Shown one piece after another: positions 17,808 to 27,600 of a stretch of DNA of 32,000 nt. The stretch's first letter is position 1, and each line of letters begins with the position of its first letter. The DNA lies in the NCBI GenBank assembly GCA_943789275.1, contig CALSTM010000003.1:480001-512000 (forward strand). The letters are read 5' to 3'. Both the position numbers and the translations under genes were made by a program. Origin of the DNA: Candidatus Poseidoniaceae archaeon. GTDB lineage: Archaea > Thermoplasmatota > Poseidoniia > Poseidoniales > Poseidoniaceae. The notes beneath the pieces are model-generated. The model made no database searches, was not told where the DNA came from, and saw only the letters and a list, made by a program, of their open reading frames with translations.

Positions 17808-17812
17808 TTTTT
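17808..17812 (+). terminator. Oligo-T tract (T5), a candidate archaeal-type termination signal for the upstream surface protein gene
   Basis: CCGTTTTTGG lies 38 nt after the stop at 17770. A weak 5-bp hairpin (17770-17782) directly follows the stop codon. Confidence 0.3.
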
Positions 17813-17842
17813 GGTCGCACAACATAGGGAACAGTCATAGGA

Positions 17843-17879
17843 TAGGTGTTACGGCCAACACCTACCCATTGGGTAGGTG
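17843..17879 (+). promoter_or_regulatory. Two mutually exclusive hairpins in the fabI leader, a candidate RNA switch or attenuator
   Basis: Hairpin A pairs TAGGTGTT (17843-17850) with AACACCTA (17857-17864): 8 bp, 6-nt loop. Hairpin B pairs CACCTACCC (17859-17867) with GGGTAGGTG (17871-17879): 9 bp, 3-nt loop, followed by CTTTT and the ATG at 17885. The arms overlap at 17859-17864. Hairpin B buries the SD-like GGTG at 17876-17879. Confidence 0.4.
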
Positions 17880-17884
17880 CTTTT

Positions 17885-18679
17885 ATGCTACAATTACAGG
17901 GAAAAACAGCCTTCGTCTTCGGTGTTGCGAGTGAAGACTCGATTGCATGGGCAATTTGCCAACAACTTGCAGCGGCTGGTGTGACGCTGTACCTCGGTTA
18001 TCAGAAGCGTTTCATGAGTCGTGTTTTCCAACTCAAGGATAAGCTCCCACAAATTGGTGGGTTCTATCCATTGGATGTTGCTGAAGATGCCACAACCCGT
18101 GAATTCTTTGAGGCGTTTGAGAAAGAACATCCAGGTAAGAAGGCTGACATTCTCATTCACGCTATTGGTTTTGCACCTCGTGCGTGCTTTGATCGCCCAA
18201 TATTGTTTGTCGAAGACAGCGATATTAACACCGCTATGACCATCTCGGCAAATTCACTTCAACGATGTTTGAAACACGCTCTGCCCTACCTCAATCCTGG
18301 CTCGTCTACAGTTACACTGACCTATGCTGCATCGAATCGCTTTGTTCCAAACTACGGAATCATGTCGATGGCCAAGGCTGCGCTTGAATGCTGGACTCGG
18401 GAACTTGCATGCCATCTTGGTCCAGAAGGTCATCGTGTGAATGCGATTTCTTCTGGCCCTATACGAACCATCGCTGCCAGCGGAGTCCCCGGCTTTGACA
18501 ATATTCTCGACCACGTCGAAGCGAACTCGCCGTTGCGTAGAAACGTCAGCCAAGAGGATGTGGCTGGTGCAACATTATGGTTGGCTAGCCCTCTTTCAAG
18601 CGGTGTGACGGGACAGTGCATCTATGTTGACGGTGGATATTCGATTACAATGGTGCCGCAGAGCATCATGAACAACTGA
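17885..18679 (+). CDS. fabI: Enoyl-[acyl-carrier-protein] reductase (NADH), FabI type
   Basis: LQGKTAFVFGVASEDSIAWAI (FabI-type Rossmann N-terminus), YGIMSMAKAALE (Tyr-x6-Lys catalytic pair) and RVNAISSGPIRTIAASGV closely parallel E. coli FabI motifs. ATG at 17885 is preferred to the GTG at 17846. Confidence 0.88.
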   Translation: MLQLQGKTAFVFGVASEDSIAWAICQQLAAAGVTLYLGYQKRFMSRVFQLKDKLPQIGGFYPLDVAEDATTREFFEAFEKEHPGKKADILIHAIGFAPRACFDRPILFVEDSDINTAMTISANSLQRCLKHALPYLNPGSSTVTLTYAASNRFVPNYGIMSMAKAALECWTRELACHLGPEGHRVNAISSGPIRTIAASGVPGFDNILDHVEANSPLRRNVSQEDVAGATLWLASPLSSGVTGQCIYVDGGYSITMVPQSIMNN

Positions 18680-18685
18680 GGTGAA
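18679..18685 (+). promoter_or_regulatory. Shine-Dalgarno GAGGTGA for the megasynthase gene
   Basis: GAGGTGA overlaps the fabI stop codon and lies 5 nt upstream of the ATG at 18691. The fabI-megasynthase gap is 11 nt. Confidence 0.55.
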
Positions 18686-18690
18686 ATGAT

Positions 18691-21600
18691 ATGGTCAAAG
18701 ATGCCAAAGGAAATGATGTTCCAGGACTTGAACAAGGACCGTTCGAACCCATTGCCGTAATTGGCGTATCTGCGCTGATGCCGGACGCACCAGACATCGA
18801 TTCGTTTTGGCAAAACATCCTTGATTCCAAGGTCAGTATCCGCCAAATCCCCGAAAATCGCTGGATTGGACCCGTTGACCATTTCTTCCGCGACGGTGGA
18901 CCTGGAAACATCGAAGAAGGCTACACTTATGCCCGAATCGGTGCTGTAGTCGAAGGCTATGAGTTCGATTGGCGCCGATGGAAGCAGCCTCCCGGCACAC
19001 TTACTCAAATCGACCTCGCTCAGCAATGGGCGGTTTCTGTTGCAGCAGCAGCGATAGAGCACGCAGGATACGATGGAGAAAGCAAAGACATCGACCGACT
19101 ACGAACAGGTGTAGCGTTTGCGAATGCACTTGGCGGTGAAAACAGAAACCTTTCCAACATTCGAATCTATTCCAACCACACCAAGGAATTGGCTAAGTCG
19201 TTTGGTATGCCAACCGCCAACGGCGATGCATTTGTCGACGCCATTAACACCGGTGCCCCACGGGTCAACGAGGATACAATGCCTGGTGAATTAGCCAACG
19301 TCGTTGCCGGCAGGGTTTCCAATCTCTTGGATTTACAAGGCCCTAACTTTGCAATGGATGCCGCTTGTGCATCCTCTTTAGCAACCCTCATGGATGCCTG
19401 CCGTCTTTTGCAGATGCGTCAAGTCGATGTCATGATCGCAGGTGCTACAGACCGAAGTATGGATGCACCAACTTTCGCTAAGTTCAGTGCTATTGGTGCG
19501 CTCTCTCCCACCCACTCGACGCCTTTTGATGCAGGTGCGAACGGATTCGTAATGGGTGAAGGTGCAGGTGCATTTGTCCTCAAACGCCTTTCTGATGCCA
19601 TTCGAGACGGTGACGAAGTTCACGCTGTCATTCGCGGTGTAGGCGGCTCCTCCGATGGACGCGGAAAAGGCATAACCGCTCCAAGTCAGCGCGGTCAGAT
19701 TCAGGCCATTGCTCGTGCGTATTCACAAGCGGAGTACGACACAACGACCGTAGAATTAATTGAGGCTCACGGAACATCAACCAAGGTCGGAGACGCTACC
19801 GAATTAGGAACGCTGTCGTTGCTTTGGGAAGGTTCTCCCTCCGGTAATCACGTCGCCGTTGGTTCCATCAAATCTCAAGTTGGCCACCTCAAGGCTGCTG
19901 CTGGAATTGCTGGCTTAATCAAAGCCGTAATGGCTCTTCATCACCGCACTATACCGCCTTCGGCTGGCTTCAAAACGCCCAACCCAACCGTGGATTGGGA
20001 CAACAACGCTTTCTTTGTTCCAACAGAAGCACGAGATTGGCCTCGGCCGGTCAACCACCCGCGCCGAGCAGGAGTGTCTGCATTCGGTTTCGGTGGAACC
20101 AATTATCACGTTGCATTGGAAGGTTTTGAACCGGAATATCACGCTGAACTCGCTCAGAAATGGGATGCTCGATGGTCCGCATATGCTCAAGACTCAACAG
20201 CATCATCAGCGCCATCAACTGCTGACTCCATCTTGGATGCAAGCGCACAACCATCGATGACGCATGAAGAGATGAAGGCTGTTGAAGGTGGCATTTTGTT
20301 GCTATCAGCATCAGACCTTACCGCACTGCAATTAAAGCTCGAAGCGGTTGATTTTGCAGGCACACATTTCGATGAGGACCCTCGCGGTCTACGGCTTTCA
20401 TCGGCATTGGATTCGGCTTCTTCTGAATATGCTGAATCGGATGCTTTCCGCATGTGCATCGTGGCTACTTCGTGGGCAGAGTTTCACAAGCGTACAGCAC
20501 TTGCTGGTAAAGCCATGAATGACCCCGAAAAGTGGGGCTTCCTCCAGGCTCAAGGGATTCTGTTGACCAACGACCCTGCTCTCCACCCCAAGGCGAAAGT
20601 CGCTCACATGTACCCCGGCCAGGGGAGCCAATACGTGGGCATGACGCACGATTTGCATCAACGCTACAGCGCCGTACAGAACGTCTGGAATCAAGCGGAT
20701 GAGACGATGGTTGAGGTCTTGGACGGCGAAACCCTGTCAAGTTTCGTATTGCGGTCAAATCTATCCAAAGAGGAGCGCATTGAAGCAGAACACAAACTGA
20801 AGCAGACTGAGTATACTCAGCCTGCAATGCTCACGGCTGATTTGGCCATTGAACGTGCACTGAACGACCACGGCCAGCACCCCGATATGGTTGCAGGCCA
20901 TTCCCTCGGCGAATATGCTGCCCTCATGTCTGCAGGTATTCTGGACATGGACGGCGCGTTGCGAGCATCGGCCGCTCGCGGCACTGAAATGGGATCTGTT
21001 GTTATCGAAGACAAAGGCTTGATGGCAAGCATCATGGCTCCTTACGATGAAGTTGCATCCGTGCTCGATTCGATTGAGGGCTACGTTATTGCAGCCAATA
21101 AGAACTCGCCAAAGATGACGGTGATTGCTGGAGAAACCGAACCTGTGAAGCAGGCTATGGCTCAGTTTGATGAGAAAGGATTCCAAGCAGTCCCTCTGGC
21201 CACATCTCACGCCTTCCACTCTCGTATCGTAGCGCCTGCAAACGAACCGTTGCGTCGATTCCTCGAAAGCCTGGAGATTCGCTGGCCCCGTATCCCGATT
21301 ACCGCGAATGTGGATGGATCGTTTTATCCGATGGAAGGTGCCGATTCGAAGGAAGGGGTGCTCGGAAAACTTGCACCACAAATGGCATCAGCTGTCGAAT
21401 GGACCACTCAAATTGAGACGATGTATGCCGCAGGTGCCCGTGCTTTTGTCGAAGTAGGGCCGAAGCGAGCCCTCACCATGTTTGCCGTTCAGATTCTTGA
21501 AGACAAACCGCATTTGCCGATTATGTGCAATCATCCAAAGCAAGGCGGCATCGCAACGTTCCTCAGCGCACTTGGAACACTTGCTCTTGCCGGTCGAAAA

Positions 21601-24600
21601 CCGCAATGGCCTGCTGCAGATTCTCACGTGCTCACCGAAGCATTCCGAGCAGGACCCATCGAAGCATACGGTGCCTCAAGCACCCCTTCGTTCAGTACTG
21701 CCCAAGTCGAGGATTTGCAAACACGGGCACGCCCACTGCCATCAAACGGCTCTCCAGCACCTGTGCAGAACATCGTTCAAGCGTCGGCTCCTGTAGCCCG
21801 AAGCCTGGACCCTGCTGTGGCTGCTGCCAAGGCTATGGATGCTTATTTGGGCGACCGCCTCGCTGCAGTGAGCGGCTATCCTGCACGATTCTGTAACGGC
21901 ATGGTTAATCTTCGCTTCGGACTTGGAATGACCGATGCGCAAGTTGCATCCGTACTTCATACGATTTCCAGCGAAGCATCCGTTGATGCTTCGACCGATA
22001 CAACGGCTATAACGACTGCTGCTGATGTGGCGAAATGGATTACTGCTCTTCCGTCTTCATGGAGTCCAAAGACTTCGATGTCGCATGCACCACCACTACA
22101 GACCACCCCACAAACGGTATCGGCACCAACACATGTTGACCGCCGCAAGGCAGATCCATACGTGGTGACCGGTGTCTCTCTCGGTCTTCCTGGTGGAGAG
22201 CGCGTGTTTGAGGAAGAGACCTTCGAGCGCTTGGTGCGAGGTGAAACCTGCATTTCTGAAGTGAGCGACGAATACAAGCAACGCTTGCTCGATAAGAACA
22301 TCGTTCGTCTCATCAAAGGCAGGGACGGCTCTGTTAACATGGAGCAAACCAAGGAGTTTGGTGACATACCTCAACTTGCTGGAATCAAATCAGCGTTCGA
22401 TATTGCAGAAGAGTTTGGCATCGATGCCAAGGTTGTTCTTGCATGGGACATCACGACTCAGTTGGCCGTTGCTTCCGGACTGTTGGCATTGCGAGATGCG
22501 GCGATTCCACTCACACCGGTTGAACAAATCGGTAAGGGCGGTCTTCGATTGATTCGCAACTGGCAAGTCCCACAGCACCAGCGTGAGAGAACCGGTATAG
22601 TGTTCGCTTCCTGTTTCCCTGGTTTACAAATGGCAATGAAACACGCCAAGAGCGACGGTGATGACGGTGAAGGACGATTTGACCGCCGCTATCTTTTCCA
22701 AACGCTCAACATGGGCCATTCACAGTTCGCTCAGTACACTGGTATCCGTGGACCAAACACGACCATCAATCTTGCTTGTGCCTCGACCACTGCTGCGTTT
22801 GGCGTAGCTGAAGACTGGTTGAACAGCGACCGGGTCGACCGAGTCGTCATCATTTCTGCTGACGATGTGACCGGTGAAGACTTGTGGGAATGGATTGGAG
22901 GTGGCTTTGCAGCCTCTGGTGCAGCAGCAACAAGCAACGTGGTTGAAGAAGCAGCCTTGCCATTCGACCGTCGAAGAAACGGCTTGGTTCTCGGAATGGG
23001 CGCTGCGGCTTTCGTTGTTGAGCGTCATTCAGAAGCCATACAACGTGGAGTCCAACCGATTGCTGAGTTGCTCGGCTCAACAACAGCGAACTCCGCTTTC
23101 CACGGAACTCGACTCGATGTTGAACATGTTGCCCAGACGGTTGACTCGTTCATGTCTTCAATGGAAACGCAATGGAGTCTTGACCGACATGCGATCGCTG
23201 CGAACACGGTGTTCTTTTCTCATGAAACATACACACCGGCTCGAGGAGGCTCAGCACAATCTGAAGTTCGTGCTCTGCGAGATACTTTTGGTGCCAGCAC
23301 AGACCGTTTGGTGATTGCTAATACCAAAGGATTCACTGGACACCCAATGGGTGTTGGTATCGAAGATGCAAGCATGTTCTACGGCATGAAGACGGGTAGA
23401 ATACCGCCAATTGCAAACCACAAGGAGACCGACCCAGAACTTGGAAACTTAAACCTCTCAAAAGGTGGAGATTATCCGGAACTTGAGTATGGTCTGCGCT
23501 TTGCAGCAGGCTTTGGCTCACAAATGGCCCTTTCATTGGTTCGTAAATGGCCGGTTGTCGGTGAGCGAATCGATGGGCAAAAGTTCCTTGCCTGGACTCG
23601 AAAACTGGCAGAGACTGACGATGTTGTTCTCCGAATTCTCGATAACAAACTCGTGGCTTATGTTAACGGGGACGAAAATCTCCATGGCGGCGTACAAGGC
23701 GAAGCATGGGATGTTACGGCGGCTTGGGAAGGTAAACCCTCTTTGGAAACGCCTGTTGCTGCTTCAGCGCCTATTGCACCGCCTGCACCTGCCGCACCAG
23801 AGCCAACCCCAGAACCTACGCCAACACCCGCAGCGGTTGCTGCTCCAGTGGCTTCAGATTTGACGGCAGTTGTCATTGAAGTGGTGGTAAGCCATACCGG
23901 CTATCCTGCAGATTTCGTTGAATTGGATCAAGACCTTGAAGGAGAATTGGGCATTGATACGGTAAAGCAAGCTGAAATCATGGCCGATATACGAGACCGT
24001 TTCACTTTACCAATCGATGAAGAGTTTGTTCTTTCTGACTATCCAACGCTGAACCACATGATTGGCTATATTCAGCAAATGACGACGGGTGTTGCAGCAG
24101 CGCCATTGGTCGTACCCGCTTCGGCACCTGTTGCTGCACCTGTCGCCGTAACTCCAGAGCCTGTTCCAGCGCCTGCAGTTGTCACGGATGAATCGCTCAC
24201 TGAAACGGTGATTAGCGTTGTCGTTCGTCATACTGGCTACCCCGCTGATTTCGTTGAATTGGATCAAGACCTTGAAGGAGAATTGGGTATTGATACGGTA
24301 AAACAAGCCGAAATCATGGCCGAGATTCGAGATCTGTTTTCACTTCCGCTGGATGAAGACTTCGTCCTCTCGGACTACCCTACGCTGAATCACATGATTG
24401 GTTACATCCAAAGAATGCAAGGCGGTGTTTCTGTGGCACAAGCTCCAGCAATTGCTGCACCAACCGTAGCAAAACCAACACCGGTTCCGGCTCCGACAAT
24501 GCCATCAAAGCCCGTATCCGTTGCAACCGCAGTGAGCGATACAGACCTCACTTCGATTGTTGTCGAAGTTGTCGTCCAGCACACCGGTTATCCGAGCGAT

Positions 24601-27600
24601 TTCATCGAGTTGGACCAAGACCTCGAGGGAGAACTTGGCATTGATACGGTGAAGCAAGCCGAAATCATGGCCGATATTCGGGACCGATTCTCATTGCCTT
24701 TGGATGAAGATTTCGTCCTCTCTGATTATCCTACCTTGAACCACATGATTGGCTATATCCAAAGAATGCAAGGTGGTTCAGCGGTTAAGCCGGTTGCATC
24801 GAGTCCCGTTCCAGCACCAGCCGTAGCTGCTCCTGTGCCGGTTTCTGTACCGTCTGCGCCGACGTTGCCTCCAGTTACCGATTCGACGATTCAATCGCGC
24901 CTGATTGAAGTGGTGGTTCGCCATACAGGATATCCTGATGATTTCATCGAGATGGACCAAGACCTTGAGGGTGAATTGGGCATTGATACGGTGAAGCAAG
25001 CCGAAATTATGGCTGATGTTCGTGATATCTTTGAATTACCAATCGATGAAGACTTCGTTCTTTCAGACCATCCAACACTGAATCACTTTACCGCATACAT
25101 TCAACGGATGACAGGCGGAAATGCGGTTGAAGCACCGGTTGTTGTTGAGGCGCCAGTTGTGGTACCTGCACCAGTTTCTTCACCGGCACCTCGACCTGTC
25201 GAACGGCAAGAAAACTGCCGACGATGGCAGGTTGAAGTCGAAGAGTGTCTTGGAAGCGATTCACCAATTTCTCTTGACGGCACATTGGTCGTCACCGATG
25301 ATGGATGGGGCATTGCTGAAGCCTTCTGTCAACTTGTTGAAGCCAAAGGAATGAAGGCGGTTCGAGTTGGCTTTGAAAGTGAAATCCGTGACATGTCGTC
25401 GCATGAAGAAGATGGCCGTACCGTTTTCCGTGCTGACCCAGCAAATCCAGAACACATGGTCGAAGTCAGTAAGGAACTGCAACAGATGAACGTTGCAGGT
25501 TTGGTTCACTTGGCTCCGCTTAAACTCGCAGGAGTCGCTTGGAACGATGACACACTTCCATCCTCACAAATCGCATTGGCTGCTCACGGATACTTCTCAC
25601 TCCTGCAAGGTCTTGATGCACAATTTGCTGGACGAGAGAACGGCCTGGTTGCTTCAGTAACCGCTCTTGATGGCCGACATGGCAATATTGGCGAACGGTT
25701 CAATTCCGTACAATGTGCTGCTTCTGGGGTTACGAAATCCTACTTCTTTGAGCAAACTCATCTGCGAATGCGTGCATTGGATATGCACCCTGAATTGATT
25801 CTTGATGCTGAGCAAGCAGCTCAAACCATCGCATCTGACCTGTTTGAAATCGGCGGAGAGGTCGAGGTCGGAATCGATCGAGACGGCCGTCGGTGGACAC
25901 TGGTTGCCTTCGCTGAAGACCTCGAAGCAGAAACCACACCGTTGCAGTCCGATGACACTTGGATTGTTTCGGGCGGTGGCTCTGGGGTAACAGCAGCATC
26001 CGTTATCGGCGTAGCATGCCACTCGCTCAATGCCGGTGCCCACTTTGCCTTACTCGGACGCTCGAAGTTGGTTGAGGAAACCAAGGAATGGGTTGAATGG
26101 TCGGATGCACAACTTACTGAACGAAAGAATTCCCTTCGTCAAGAGTTGATTGAAGCCAGTGAATCTGGTAAAGTTACAATGGTACAATGGAACACAGCAT
26201 GGCAGAAGTTCTCTCGAAGTCGAGATGTCTACATCACCATCAAGACGATTGAAGAGACCGGTAACGCTGCTTCATACCATTCCGTCGATGTCATGGACAC
26301 AGACGGGCTTCGTGCTTTGGGTACGTCATTAGGGCGCCCGATAACGGGAATCATTCACGGTGCAGGCTTAGAAGACTCGAAACTCGTAGCGGCCAAAGAT
26401 TACAACGTCTTTGACAAGGTCATTCGAGTCAAGGTTGACGGCTGGCAATCGTTGTTAGGCGCAGTTGAATCGTCGGGAGGCGAATTGCGCTTTGCTTCAT
26501 GTTTCACCAGTGTCTCAGGGCGGTTTGGAAACAACGGCCAAACGGATTATTCTGCAGCAAACAGCATTCTTGACGCTGAGATGGCTCGATTGACGGCAAG
26601 CGGTACATGCAGGGCAGTAGCAATCGCATGGACTGGATGGCGAGACGTAGGAATGGCAACTCGTGGCTCTTTCCAGGCTGTTTTTGATGCAGCTGGAATC
26701 GATACCATTTCGGTCGACAAGGGTGTTGAAATCTTTGTTGGAGAAGCCTTGCAAGGTGGAAAACGCCGAGTTCTCGGCTGTGGCAATCTTGGAACGATGG
26801 ATGCGTTTGACGCTTTCAGAGAAGCGCCTCTTCGCCTTCCGGCGGAAATGGCGAACATTATCGCGGACCCGTTCCGATTCCCGTTTGTCGACAAAGTTCT
26901 CTCGGTCGATGAACGGCAATCACTGGTCACACAGACCACGCTCTCTGTTGCTGATCATCCGTTCTTGACGGACCATTCCATCGAAGGAGTCCCCTACCAT
27001 CCGGGCGTCATGGCCATGGAGATGTTTGCTGAAAACGCTCTTCTGTTGAGGCCTTCTGCTTGTCTTGCCGGTTTCGAGGACGTTTCTTTCGGTCTACCCG
27101 TGAAGTTACTGAAAGGTGATTTGACGGTTCGAGTTCACGCTGATTTGATACGTGGCGATGGTGAAATGAGTTGGGTTGCATGTCGCTTGGTTTCGGATTT
27201 GAGTAACTCGAAGGGTGAAGTGTTTGGTGAACGAGAACATCACAAGGCAGTAGTCCGGGTTGTCGAAAGCCGTGATGACCTTGGACCGTTCCTGCAAAAG
27301 GAAGTCGAATCTCTGCCGCAACTTGGAACGCCTGCTCTTGGTGAGTTGGTTGAGTTGCCATCGTTCATCTATCGACGTTATTTCCACGGTCCTCGATTCC
27401 AATCGCATGGTGGCGTACTACGCGGTATTGGTGATGAGCAGATGCCAGGAGCGGACGGTATTGCCTTGATGCGTCATCAACTGCCGATGCTCGACCAGTT
27501 TGCTCTTGAATCAAAAGGAGAAACCGTCTTGCTTGAAGCCCTGCCGATGCTCATTGAAGCAGGATTCCAAAACGCTGGTCTAGTCGCCATGGAATCTGAA

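Noticed and set aside
23854-25110. Regularly spaced repeats that might be mistaken for a CRISPR array or a non-coding tandem repeat.
   Set aside because: The period is about 340 nt and the repeats lie in frame inside a CDS. They encode ACP domains with Ala/Pro linkers. There are no short direct repeats with unique spacers.
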